DNA of 64,000 bases from Aestuariivirga sp. (GTDB lineage: Bacteria; Pseudomonadota; Alphaproteobacteria; Rhizobiales; Aestuariivirgaceae), in contig NZ_JBAXGR010000008.1 in NCBI RefSeq assembly GCF_037139295.1, positions 6,890-70,889 on the forward strand, read 5' to 3'. The position numbers and the translations under genes are program-made. Below the pieces are notes generated by a model. That model saw only the letters and a program-made list of their open reading frames with translations. It did not search any database and was not told where the DNA came from. Each line of letters starts with the position of its first letter. The first letter of the stretch is position 1. Positions 38,316-47,604 of this stretch are shown in pieces.

Positions 38316-38344
38316 CATCTAGCACATTTTAGGACTAAAGTCAA
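38316..38344 (-). promoter_or_regulatory. Orphan sigma70 promoter with overlapping inverted repeat
   Basis: Minus strand TTGACT-N17-TAGATG; 11-bp inverted repeat 38288-38298/38308-38318 (one mismatch) across the -10/start region. Confidence 0.6.
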
Positions 38345-38356
38345 GAAATAAGAATA

Positions 38357-38384
38357 CCGTCACCCCGAGCTTGCGGGGTGACGG
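38357..38384 (-). terminator. Intrinsic terminator of the hsp20-DUF1150 unit
   Basis: Perfect 11-bp stem ccgtcaccccg/cggggtgacgg, followed on the minus strand by tattcttatttctt. Confidence 0.75.
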
Positions 38385-38391
38385 CCTGTGT

Positions 38392-38646
38392 TCAGTGAAC
38401 GCTCATCGCCATCAGCTCATGCTCGAAGGCGCTGCCCATGGCCGCTTCCTTCGAACCCGAGATCGACACTGGCGTGCCGTCGGCGTTGTACAGGCAGAAC
38501 AGCTTCGACTCGGCCGCGACGCTCGCCTCGTTACCCAGAAGCCGCTTGGCCTCGTCGATCTCGATTTCGCGAATGTAACCGAGGGCGCCTTCGCCCAGCA
38601 GTGCCAGGTCCTGCGACGTGAGTTCGGTCGATTTCTTCAATTCCAT
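38392..38646 (-). CDS. DUF1150 family protein
   Basis: LALLGEGALGYIREI...LFCLYNADGTPVSISGS...HELMAMSVH; downstream of hsp20; GGAGG RBS. Confidence 0.82.
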   Translation of the reverse strand: MELKKSTELTSQDLALLGEGALGYIREIEIDEAKRLLGNEASVAAESKLFCLYNADGTPVSISGSKEAAMGSAFEHELMAMSVH

Positions 38647-38650
38647 GTGA

Positions 38651-39073
38651 TCACCCTCCAATCTGAATACGGCGGACAACCCGCCGCGGTTCGGGCCTCT
38701 CGAGGTGCAGTTCCAGCAGGCCGTTCTCCAGCCGGGCCCCGGTCACCTCCATGCCGTCCGCCAGCACGAAGGCCCGCTGGAACTGGCGGGCCGCGATGCC
38801 GCGGTGCAGGTAGGCCTTGCCGTCCTCTTCCTTCTGGCGGCCGCGGATCACCAGCTGGTTTTCCTCGACCGTCACGTCGATCTCGTCGCGTGCAAAGCCG
38901 GCGACGGCCAGCGTGATGCGAAGCCGTTCGGCCTCGCCCTCGGCCTTGTGCAGCCGTTCGATGTTGTAGGGTGGGTAGCCGTCGCCCGCGGTCTTGGAGG
39001 CTCGGTCGAGCATCCGCTCCAGCTCGTCGAAGCCGAGCAGGAGGGGCGATGAGAAAACAGACAGACGTGTCAT
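38651..39073 (-). CDS. Small heat shock protein (Hsp20/IbpA family)
   Basis: SPLLLGFD, GYPPYNIE, LAVAGF, YLHRGIAARQFQRAF, ARLENGLL. Confidence 0.95.
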   Translation of the reverse strand: MTRLSVFSSPLLLGFDELERMLDRASKTAGDGYPPYNIERLHKAEGEAERLRITLAVAGFARDEIDVTVEENQLVIRGRQKEEDGKAYLHRGIAARQFQRAFVLADGMEVTGARLENGLLELHLERPEPRRVVRRIQIGG

Positions 39074-39133
39074 TCGGTTTGCCCTCGTGAAGCAGCAATC
39101 AGCCCGGACCCGTAAGTGGCATCCGCAACTTTG
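39074..39133 (-). promoter_or_regulatory. ROSE-like RNA thermometer in the hsp20 5' UTR
   Basis: UUGCU (39098-39094) is positioned to pair with the AGGG Shine-Dalgarno (39085-39082); an upstream hairpin cggat/gtccg is also present. Confidence 0.45.
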
Positions 39134-39139
39134 ACCTTC

Positions 39140-39168
39140 ATATGTGAAACCTGATCCCGGCTTTCAAG
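39140..39168 (-). promoter_or_regulatory. RpoH (sigma32) promoter of hsp20
   Basis: Minus strand CTTGAA-N16-CACATAT vs rhizobial consensus CTTGAA-N15/16-CCTATAT. Confidence 0.7.
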
Positions 39169-39283
39169 GCGCCGACTTGACCAAGCGGCAGCCACGGTGA
39201 TTTGATCGCCCGAACAAGATTGGAATCGCACCCCCGACGGGGTTGTGATTAGATCGGCGAAACACAACAAAAGGGAGACGAAG

Positions 39284-40282
39284 ATGCTCAGACGAACACT
39301 TCTGGCCGCCGCCGCGGCCCTCGCCATCACCTCCGGCGCCGCGCTGGCCGATGACTCGAAGCCCGCCATCGTCTTCGATGTCGGCGGCAAGTTCGACAAG
39401 TCGTTCAACGAGAGCATGTTCAACGGCGCCGAGAAGTTCAAGGCAGAGACCGGCACCGCCTATGGCGAGTTCGAAATCGCCCAGGAGGCCCAGCGCGAGC
39501 AGGCCATCCGCAACTTCGCCGACCAGGGCTATTCGCCCATCATCGCGGCGGGCTTCGCCCAGGCCGCAGCGGTCGAGAAGGTCGCCAAGGAATATCCGGA
39601 CCTCAAGTTCGCCATTGTCGACATGGTGGTGGACCTGCCCAACGTCCAGTCCATCGTGTTCAAGGAAAACGAAGGTTCCTACCTCGCCGGTCTGCTGGCC
39701 GGCATGGCGTCGAAGTCCGGCAAGGTCGGCTTCGTGGGCGGCATGGACATTCCCCTCATCCGCAAATTCGGCTGCGGCTATGCGCAAGGGGTGAAGGCGG
39801 CGAAGCCTGACGCCGTGATCTTCCAGAACATGACGGGCGACACCGGCGCTGCCTGGAACGATCCCGTCAAGGGCGGCGAGATCACCAAGGGCCAGATGGC
39901 CCAGGGTGCGGACGTCGTCTATGCAGCAGCCGGCGCCACTGGCCTCGGCGTGCTGCAGGCCGCCGCCGATGGCGGTGCGCTGTCGATTGGCGTCGACGCC
40001 AACCAGAACTACCTCCACCCCGGCAAGGTGCTCACCTCCATGCTGAAGCGCGTGGACGTCGCGGTCTACAACGTGATGAAGGGCGGCAATGCCGGCTTCA
40101 AGCCCGGCATCCAGGCGCTCGGTCTCGCCGAAGACGGCGTGGGCGTGGCGATGGACGACAACAACAAGCCGCTGATCACGCCCGAAATGATGGCCGCCGT
40201 GGACAAGGCCAAGGCCGACATCATCGCCGGCACGATCAAGGTTCACGACTACACCGCAGACAACACCTGCCCCGTGCAGTAA
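39284..40282 (+). CDS. BMP-family nucleoside ABC transporter substrate-binding protein
   Basis: GGKFDKSFNE, FKENEGSYLAG, GKVGFVGGMDIP, AAGATGLGV, IGVDANQ, TSMLKRVDVAVY. Confidence 0.93.
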   Translation: MLRRTLLAAAAALAITSGAALADDSKPAIVFDVGGKFDKSFNESMFNGAEKFKAETGTAYGEFEIAQEAQREQAIRNFADQGYSPIIAAGFAQAAAVEKVAKEYPDLKFAIVDMVVDLPNVQSIVFKENEGSYLAGLLAGMASKSGKVGFVGGMDIPLIRKFGCGYAQGVKAAKPDAVIFQNMTGDTGAAWNDPVKGGEITKGQMAQGADVVYAAAGATGLGVLQAAADGGALSIGVDANQNYLHPGKVLTSMLKRVDVAVYNVMKGGNAGFKPGIQALGLAEDGVGVAMDDNNKPLITPEMMAAVDKAKADIIAGTIKVHDYTADNTCPVQ

Positions 40283-40290
40283 GTAAGCAT

Positions 40291-40327
40291 GAGCCGCCTC
40301 TCCGAGAGGGGAGGCGGCTCTTTCTCT
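40291..40327 (+). terminator. Intra-operon hairpin/terminator after the binding-protein gene
   Basis: Stem gagccgcctctcc/ggggaggcggctc followed by tttctct. Confidence 0.65.
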
Positions 40328-40348
40328 GCCTGCTGAAACGGGAACGGC

Positions 40349-41866
40349 ATGACTCCCGCCATCGAACTCATCGGCATCGACAAGCGCTTCGGCTCCGTCC
40401 ACGCCAACAAGGACGTGACGTTGGCCATCGCGCCCGGCTCAATCCACGGCATCATCGGCGAGAACGGCGCGGGGAAATCGACCCTCATGTCGATCCTCTT
40501 CGGATTCTACCAGGCTGACTCGGGCGAGATCCGCGTCAAGGGCAAGCCGGTCAAGATCCGCTCATCGTCGGACGCCATCGCGCTCGGCATCGGCATGGTC
40601 CACCAGCACTTCATGCTGGTCGAGCCTTTCACCGCGCTGGAAAACGTGGTGCTCGGCGCCGAGGGTGGCCGCCTCATCGGCCCCGCGCTCACCAAGGCGC
40701 GTGCCGAACTCGTGCGCCTCGCCAAGGACTATGAGCTCGAGGTCGACCCCGATGCCATCGTCGGCGAACTGCCCGTCGGTCTGCAGCAGCGCGTCGAAAT
40801 CCTCAAAGCGCTGTTCCGCGGCGCCGAGACGCTGATCCTCGACGAGCCCACCGGCGTCCTCACGCCGGACGAGGCCGACCACCTGTTCCGTATCCTCCGT
40901 ATACTGAAGGACCAGGGCAAGACGGTGATTCTTATCACCCACAAGCTGCGCGAGATCATGGCCATCACCGACCGCGTCTCGGTCATGCGCCGCGGCGAGC
41001 TGGTGGCCACGCGCGAGACGAAGGCCACCACGGTGGAGGAACTGGCCGAGCTGATGGTCGGCCGCCATGTGCTGCTGCGCGTCGAGAAGGGGCCTTCGAA
41101 CCCGGGCGAGACCGTGCTCGAGGTGAAGAACCTCACCTGGAAGGACCGCAAGGGCATCGCCCGGGTGGACAATGTCTCGTTCTCCGTCAGGAAGGGCGAG
41201 ATCCTCGGCATCGCCGGGGTCTCCGGCAATGGCCAGTCGGAACTCCTGGACGTGATCGCCGGGATTGCCCGCCCCACGTCGGGTCAGGTGATCTTCGAGG
41301 GCAAGGACATCGGCATACTGGGCGACCCGCGCCACGTGCGCGCCGAGGGCCTCGCTCACGTGCCGGAGGACCGCCAGCACCGCGGCCTTATCGGCAGCTT
41401 CGACGCCGCCGAAAGCGCCATCCTCGGCTGGCATCACCTCGAGTCGCTGGGCAAGGGCTTCCGCCTCGACCGTGACAAGGTCGTGGCCCGCGCCAGGGCC
41501 GAGATGGAGGAGTTCGACGTCCGACCGCCGGACCCGCTGCTCAAGTCCGCCAAATTCTCCGGCGGCAACCAGCAGAAGCTGATCATCGCGCGCGAGATCA
41601 AGTCCAACCCCGACCTGCTCATCGTCGGCCAGCCGACGCGCGGGGTCGACATCGGGGCCATCGAATACATCCACAAGCGCATCATCCAGCTGCGCGATGA
41701 GGGGAAAGCCGTTCTGCTCGTCTCCGTCGAGCTCGATGAAATCCGCTCGCTGTCAGACCGCATCCTCGTCATGTTCGCCGGGCGCGTGATGGGCGAGCGC
41801 GGACCGCGCGCGACAGAGCGCGAGCTTGGCCTGCTCATGGCTGGCGTCGGGCAGGACGCAGCCTGA
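40349..41866 (+). CDS. Nucleoside ABC transporter ATP-binding protein (double ABC domain)
   Basis: GENGAGKST, HQHFMLV, LILDEPT, SGGNQQK, QPTRGVDIGA. Confidence 0.94.
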   Translation: MTPAIELIGIDKRFGSVHANKDVTLAIAPGSIHGIIGENGAGKSTLMSILFGFYQADSGEIRVKGKPVKIRSSSDAIALGIGMVHQHFMLVEPFTALENVVLGAEGGRLIGPALTKARAELVRLAKDYELEVDPDAIVGELPVGLQQRVEILKALFRGAETLILDEPTGVLTPDEADHLFRILRILKDQGKTVILITHKLREIMAITDRVSVMRRGELVATRETKATTVEELAELMVGRHVLLRVEKGPSNPGETVLEVKNLTWKDRKGIARVDNVSFSVRKGEILGIAGVSGNGQSELLDVIAGIARPTSGQVIFEGKDIGILGDPRHVRAEGLAHVPEDRQHRGLIGSFDAAESAILGWHHLESLGKGFRLDRDKVVARARAEMEEFDVRPPDPLLKSAKFSGGNQQKLIIAREIKSNPDLLIVGQPTRGVDIGAIEYIHKRIIQLRDEGKAVLLVSVELDEIRSLSDRILVMFAGRVMGERGPRATERELGLLMAGVGQDAA

Positions 41867-42975
41867 TGATGCAATCGAGGGGAGAGCTTCCGCACTGGGT
41901 CGATGTCGGCCTCATCCCGGTCATCAATCTTGCCGTGGCGCTCATCGCCTCTGGCCTTGTCGTGCTCATCATTGGGGAAAATCCCTTCGAAGCAATGTGG
42001 ATCATGGTCCAGGGCTCGCTCGGCTCACTCAAGGGCTGGGGCTACATGCTCTACTACGCGACGAACTTCGTGTTCACCGGCCTCGCCGTGGCGGTGGCCT
42101 TCCACGCCGGCCTCTTCAATATTGGCGGCGAGGGCCAAGCCTACATGGCGGGCGTGGGTGCGGCCACCGTCGGCCTTGGGCTCGACTTTCTGCCATGGCC
42201 CATCCTGCTGCCCCTCGCCATCCTGGCCGCCATGGCCATGGGCGCCTTCTGGGCCTGGATCCCCGGCGTGCTGCAGGCAAAGCGCGGCAGCCATATCGTG
42301 ATCACCACGATCATGTTCAATTTCATCGCGGCGAGCCTCGTCGGCTACCTCATCAACTACTGGTTCCGCCCGGTGGGCAAGATGGCGGTTGAAAGCCGCG
42401 AGATCACCGGCGCCTATATCCTCAGTGCCCGCGAGGTGGCGCGTGAATATTTCGGCGTGAAGCTTGCCTCCTCACCGCTGAACTTCTCGGTCTTCCTCGC
42501 ACTCATCGCGGCCTGGGCCGTGTGGTACCTGCTGTGGCGCACCAAGCTCGGCTATGAAATCCGCGCGCTTGGCGCCAACCCTTCAGCCGCGATCTATGCC
42601 GGCATCAGGCCGGACCGCATCATCATCATCGCCATGGCGATCTCGGGCGCCCTCGCGGGGCTGATGGCGGTGAACGAGATCCTCGGGGTGCAGCACCGGC
42701 TGCTCTTGGGTTATGTGGGTGGTGCGGGCTTCGTCGGCATCGCCGTGGCGCTCATGGGCCGCTCGCACCCCATCGGCATCCTGCTTGCCGCCATGCTGTT
42801 CGGCCTCCTGTACCAGGGCGGCTCGGAGCTCTCCTTCGCCAAGCCTGAGATCAACCGTGACATGGTGGTGGTCATCCAGGGCCTCGTCATCCTGTTCATG
42901 GGCGCCTTCGAATATGCCTTCAGGCCGGCACTCTCGGCGCTGTTCTATCCATTGGGCGGGGAGGGCAACCAGTGA
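41866..42975 (+). CDS. Nucleoside ABC transporter permease 1
   Basis: GLFNIGGEGQ, HIVITTIMFNFIA, GFVGIAVALMGR. Confidence 0.92.
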   Translation: MMQSRGELPHWVDVGLIPVINLAVALIASGLVVLIIGENPFEAMWIMVQGSLGSLKGWGYMLYYATNFVFTGLAVAVAFHAGLFNIGGEGQAYMAGVGAATVGLGLDFLPWPILLPLAILAAMAMGAFWAWIPGVLQAKRGSHIVITTIMFNFIAASLVGYLINYWFRPVGKMAVESREITGAYILSAREVAREYFGVKLASSPLNFSVFLALIAAWAVWYLLWRTKLGYEIRALGANPSAAIYAGIRPDRIIIIAMAISGALAGLMAVNEILGVQHRLLLGYVGGAGFVGIAVALMGRSHPIGILLAAMLFGLLYQGGSELSFAKPEINRDMVVVIQGLVILFMGAFEYAFRPALSALFYPLGGEGNQ

Positions 42976-43919
42976 ACCTCTATATCGAGCTCCTCGCCTC
43001 CACGATCCGCATGAGCGTGCCGCTGATCCTCGCCTGCATCGCAGGGCTGTGGTCGGAGCGGGCGGGCATCGTCGACATCGGGCTCGAGGGCAAGATGCTG
43101 ATTGCCGCCTTCGTCGCGGCCTCGGCCTCCGCCGTCTTCGGCTCGGCCTGGATCGGGCTGTTCTGCGCCATCCTCGCCTCGCTCGCCTTCGCACTGGTGC
43201 ATGGCTATGCCTCGATCAACCAACGCGGCAACCAGGTGGTCTCAGGCGTTGCCATCAACATGCTCGCCGCAGGTCTCGCCGTGGTGCTTGGCAACGAGTG
43301 GTTCAGGGAGGGTGGCCGCACGCCAGCGCTTCCGCCGGAGGGCCGCTTCCTGCCCTTCGAATTCCCGATGCTCTATGACATCCCGGTGGTCGGACCCTTC
43401 GCTAAGATTTTCCTCACCCACTCGATCCTCGCCTATTTCGCCTTCGCCATCGTGCCGATCAGCGCCTGGGCGCTGGCCCGCACCCGCTTCGGGCTTCGCC
43501 TGCGGGCCGTGGGTGAAAACCCGCAGGCGGTGGACACCGCGGGCATCTCGGTGGCGGCACTGCGCTACCGCGCGGTGATCATTGCGGGCGTGCTGTGTGG
43601 CGTGGCGGGCGCCTTCATCTCCACCTCGCTATCGTCCAGCTTCGTGCGGGACATGACGGCGGGCTCCGGCTTCATGGCACTTGCCGCGCTCATCTTCGCC
43701 AACTGGCGCGCCTTTCCCGCACTGGGCGCCTGCCTGCTCTTCGGCTTCCTGCAGGCGGTGGGCAACTTCACGCAGGGCGCCTCCATCGGCGGCTTCCAGA
43801 TTCCGGTTCAGTTCATCAACATGCTGCCCTATGTGCTCACCGTGGTGCTGCTCGCCGGCTTCATCGGCAAGTCGGTGCCGCCCAAGGCCTCCGGCATTCC
43901 CTATGTGAAGGACCGCTGA
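42972..43919 (+). CDS. Nucleoside ABC transporter permease 2
   Basis: SERAGIVDIGLEGKML, RAVGENPQAVDTAGISV, GFMALAALIFANW, MLPYVLT. Confidence 0.92.
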   Translation: MNLYIELLASTIRMSVPLILACIAGLWSERAGIVDIGLEGKMLIAAFVAASASAVFGSAWIGLFCAILASLAFALVHGYASINQRGNQVVSGVAINMLAAGLAVVLGNEWFREGGRTPALPPEGRFLPFEFPMLYDIPVVGPFAKIFLTHSILAYFAFAIVPISAWALARTRFGLRLRAVGENPQAVDTAGISVAALRYRAVIIAGVLCGVAGAFISTSLSSSFVRDMTAGSGFMALAALIFANWRAFPALGACLLFGFLQAVGNFTQGASIGGFQIPVQFINMLPYVLTVVLLAGFIGKSVPPKASGIPYVKDR

Positions 43920-43920
43920 C

Positions 43921-44313
43921 ATGCATGACTTGATTGAGGAGGCGAAGGCAGCGCGCCTGCGTGCCCACGCACCCTATTCGAAGTTCCTCGTCGGAGCCGC
44001 GATGCGCGATGAATATGGCCGCGTGCACGGCGGCTGCAACATCGAGAACGCCGCCTACCCGCAGGGCTGGTGCGCCGAGCCTTCCGCCATCTCCGCCCTC
44101 ATCATGGCGGGCGGCCGCAAGATCACGGAGATCGCCGTGATGGGCAATGGTTCGACGCTCTGCACCCCCTGCGGCGGCTGCCGCCAGAAGATCCGCGAGT
44201 TCGCCGCTCCTGACGTGAAGATCCACTGCTGCACCGAAGCAGGCAAGATGATCCAGACCTTCACGCTAGCGGAGCTGCTGCCCTTCTCCTTCGGCCCGGA
44301 GAATCTCGCGTGA
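43921..44313 (+). CDS. cdd: Cytidine deaminase (homotetrameric type)
   Basis: APYSKFLVGAA, GCNIENAAYP, CAE, PCGGCRQ, LLPFSF. Confidence 0.95.
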   Translation: MHDLIEEAKAARLRAHAPYSKFLVGAAMRDEYGRVHGGCNIENAAYPQGWCAEPSAISALIMAGGRKITEIAVMGNGSTLCTPCGGCRQKIREFAAPDVKIHCCTEAGKMIQTFTLAELLPFSFGPENLA

Positions 44314-45092
44314 ACGCGCTCGCAGGGAAACTGCAGGGCCGCACGCCGAAGACCGCCATCATCCTCGGCTCCAGCCTTGGTGCGCTGGCCGATGCGGTGG
44401 AGGATGCGCTGGTCATTCCTTACGCCGAGCTTCCCGGTTTCCCCGTTCCGAAGATTTCCGGCCACGCGGGCAAGCTCTTCGTCGGCCAGCTCGGCGGAAG
44501 GGAAGTGGCCGTGCTGGCCGGTCGCGCCCACCCTTACGAATCCGGCAACGCCGCCGTCATGCGCCCGGCTATCGAAACCCTGAAGGGCGCTGGCATCGAA
44601 ACGCTGATCCTCACCAATGCCGCCGGAAGCCTGAAGCCGGAGATGCGCCCCGGCTCCATCATGCTGATCGCGGATCACATCAACTATTCCGGCATGAACC
44701 CTCTCATCGGCCAGCACGGCGACGAGAACTTCGTGCCGATGACGGATGCTTATGACCCCGCGCTTCGCAAGCGCTTCCACGCCGCCGCCAAAGCCGAGGG
44801 CATCGCCCTGCATGAAGGCGTCTATTGCTGGTACTCTGGCCCTTCCTTTGAGACGCCCGCCGAAATCCGCATGTTCCAGATCATCGGAGGCTCGGCCGTT
44901 GGCATGTCGACGGCACCCGAGACGATCCTTGCCCGCCGCTTCGGCCTCAAGGTTGCTGGGCTCTCCGTCATCACCAATCTCGCCGCGGGCATCGAGGGCG
45001 CCTCGCCCAGCCACGAGGAAACCAAGCGCGAGGGCGCGAAGGCTGCCTTGAACATGAAGGCGCTCGTCACCCGCTTCCTGGAGGACACTTGA
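44310..45092 (+). CDS. Purine-nucleoside phosphorylase (trimeric PunA/XapA family)
   Basis: IILGSSLG, GRAHPYE, LTNAAG, GPSFETPAE, VGMSTAPE, HEE. Confidence 0.93.
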   Translation: MNALAGKLQGRTPKTAIILGSSLGALADAVEDALVIPYAELPGFPVPKISGHAGKLFVGQLGGREVAVLAGRAHPYESGNAAVMRPAIETLKGAGIETLILTNAAGSLKPEMRPGSIMLIADHINYSGMNPLIGQHGDENFVPMTDAYDPALRKRFHAAAKAEGIALHEGVYCWYSGPSFETPAEIRMFQIIGGSAVGMSTAPETILARRFGLKVAGLSVITNLAAGIEGASPSHEETKREGAKAALNMKALVTRFLEDT

Positions 45093-45093
45093 G

Positions 45094-46401
45094 GTGCTGC
45101 CGCAGGAGCTGATCCGCCGGAAGCGTGACGGCGCCTCGCTCAAGCGCGAGGACGTGAAGGACTTCATCGCAGGCCTCACGTCCGGTGCCGTGTCGGAAGG
45201 ACAGGTCGCCGCCTTCGCCATGGCGGTGTTCTTCCGCGGCATGAGCCGCGAGGAGGCGGTGGGGCTCACGCTCGCCATGCGCGACTCCGGCGCCGTGCTC
45301 GAATGGGACCTGCCCGGCCCCGTGGTCGACAAGCATTCATCCGGCGGCATCGGCGACAATCTCTCGCTCATGCTGGCCCCCATGCTCGCCGCCTGCGGCT
45401 GCTACGTGCCGATGATTTCGGGCAGGGGGCTCGGCCACACCGGCGGCACGCTGGACAAGCTCGATTCCATTCCGGGCTATGCCACCCAGCCGGGCCTCGA
45501 TTTCTTCCGCCAGGCCACGCGCGCGGCGGGCTGCGCCATCATCGGGCAGACGGCGGATTTGGCCCCTGCCGACAAGCGCCTCTATGGCATCCGCGACGTG
45601 ACGGCGACGGTCGAATCCGTGCCACTCATCACCGCATCGATTCTCTCGAAGAAGCTCGCCGCCGGCCTTGGGCATCTCGTGCTCGACGTGAAGATGGGGT
45701 CGGGCGCCTTCATGACGCGCATGGCCGATGCAGAAGAGCTGGCAGAAAGCCTCGTCGACGTCGCCAATGGCGCGGGGCTTCCCACCACGGCGCTCATCAC
45801 CGACATGAGCGAGCCGCTCGCCCCCTGCGCTGGCAATACGCTGGAAGTGGCGCACGCTTGCGAATTTCTGCTTGGCCGCCGCAGCGACCCGCGCGTCATG
45901 GACATCACGCTGGCCCTGGGTGCGGAGCTGGTGATGAGTGCGGGCATTGAGCAGGACGCCGCGACAGCGCGTGAGCGTCTTGCGGCCACGCTCAGCTCCG
46001 GCAAGGCAGCCGAACATTTCGAGCGCATGGTGCAGGCGCTGGGCGGGCCGAAGGGTTTTCTGTCGAATTACACAACGCAGCTTGCCACCGCGCCCATCAT
46101 CCGCCCTGTCCATGCCGACGAAGAAGCCTTCATCGCGTCCATCCGCACCCGTGAACTCGGTCTTGCCGTCATCGAACTTGGCGGTGGGCGGCGGGTGGCC
46201 TCGGACGCCATCGACCACCGTGTCGGCCTCTCGCAGCTTCTCGGCAAAGGTGCGCGGGCAGACCGGGCAACGCCGCTCTGCCTCATCCACGCCGCGGACG
46301 AGGCCTCCTTCGAAAGGGCTGCAGCCTTGATAAAAAGTGCTTACATTCCGGGTGAGCGCCCGGGTGAGTCGGCAACGGTGCTGGCGCGCATCACGGGGTA
46401 A
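45094..46401 (+). CDS. deoA: Thymidine phosphorylase
   Basis: DKHSSGGIGD, PMISGRGLGHTGGTLDKL, ADKRLYGIRDVT, SILSKK, LDVKMGSGAFM. Confidence 0.95.
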   Translation: MLPQELIRRKRDGASLKREDVKDFIAGLTSGAVSEGQVAAFAMAVFFRGMSREEAVGLTLAMRDSGAVLEWDLPGPVVDKHSSGGIGDNLSLMLAPMLAACGCYVPMISGRGLGHTGGTLDKLDSIPGYATQPGLDFFRQATRAAGCAIIGQTADLAPADKRLYGIRDVTATVESVPLITASILSKKLAAGLGHLVLDVKMGSGAFMTRMADAEELAESLVDVANGAGLPTTALITDMSEPLAPCAGNTLEVAHACEFLLGRRSDPRVMDITLALGAELVMSAGIEQDAATARERLAATLSSGKAAEHFERMVQALGGPKGFLSNYTTQLATAPIIRPVHADEEAFIASIRTRELGLAVIELGGGRRVASDAIDHRVGLSQLLGKGARADRATPLCLIHAADEASFERAAALIKSAYIPGERPGESATVLARITG

Positions 46402-46413
46402 CGCGGAGACGCA

Positions 46414-47604
46414 ATGGCGCGGGCCTTTCTCCTGATACTCGATTCCTTCGGCATTGGCGGCGCGCCGGATGCCGCGAGCTTCGGTGACGAAGGATCCAAC
46501 ACGCTCGGCCATATCTGCGAGCACATGGCGCTCAATGTGCCGCACATGGCCTCGCTGGGGTTGGGCCGCGCGGCCGCGCTCTCGACGGGGCGCAACCCGC
46601 TGGCTGACGCAGAGCTCATCGGCCAGTATGGCGTGGCGCGCGAAGTCTCGCGCGGCAAGGACACGATCACCGGCCACTGGGAAATCGCCGGCGTGCCACT
46701 GGCCTTCGACTGGGGCTATTTCCCGCATGCGATCCCCGCCTTCCCGCCGGACCTGATCGAGGCCATCGTCACCCGCTGCAAGCTGCCCGGGCTGCTTGCC
46801 CTGTGCCATGCATCCGGCACTCAGGTGATCGAGGATTTCGGCGAAGAACACATCCGCACCGGCAAACCCATTGCATATACCAGTGCCGACAGCGTGTTGC
46901 AGATCGCGGCGCATGAGGAACATTTCGGGCTGGAGCGTCTCTACGAAGTCTGCCGCGTGGCGCGCGAACTGACCTATCCCATGAACATCGGCCGCATCAT
47001 CGCCAGGCCGTTCGTCGGAGAACGTCAGGGCGCGTTCAGGCGCACTGGCCACCGCAAGGATTTCGCCGTGACGCCACCCGCGCCGACGCTTCTTGAAATC
47101 CTGAGCAAGGCGGGGAGGGATGTCGTTTCGGTCGGCAAGATCGGCGATATCTATGCCCATGTCGGCACTGGGCGCGAGATCAAGGTATCAGGCAATCCGG
47201 CCTTCCTCGAAACGACTCTCGCCAACATGGATGGCTTGGGCGATGGCGGCTTTCTGATGGCCAACTTCGTCGACTTCGACACCGAGTTTGGCCATCGTCG
47301 CGATCCGATCGGCTACGGCAAATTGCTCGAGGCCTTTGACGCGGAACTGCCGCGCATCATGCAAAGGCTGATGCCGGGCGACCTGCTGATCCTGACAGCC
47401 GACCACGGCAATGATCCCACCTGGACGGGCACGGACCATACGCGCGAGCAAATTCCGGTGATGAGCTACATGCCCGGCATGCGGCCCGGCAGCCTCGGCC
47501 TGCGAAGGAGCTTCTCCGACATCGGCCAGACCATTGCGCAGCACTTGAGGGTCGGCCCGCTCGCGGCGGGCACCGCGTGGGACGTGACTAGTCCTGCCGC
47601 TTGA
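46414..47604 (+). CDS. deoB: Phosphopentomutase
   Basis: [54 protein letters not shown]. Confidence 0.95.
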   Translation: MARAFLLILDSFGIGGAPDAASFGDEGSNTLGHICEHMALNVPHMASLGLGRAAALSTGRNPLADAELIGQYGVAREVSRGKDTITGHWEIAGVPLAFDWGYFPHAIPAFPPDLIEAIVTRCKLPGLLALCHASGTQVIEDFGEEHIRTGKPIAYTSADSVLQIAAHEEHFGLERLYEVCRVARELTYPMNIGRIIARPFVGERQGAFRRTGHRKDFAVTPPAPTLLEILSKAGRDVVSVGKIGDIYAHVGTGREIKVSGNPAFLETTLANMDGLGDGGFLMANFVDFDTEFGHRRDPIGYGKLLEAFDAELPRIMQRLMPGDLLILTADHGNDPTWTGTDHTREQIPVMSYMPGMRPGSLGLRRSFSDIGQTIAQHLRVGPLAAGTAWDVTSPAA

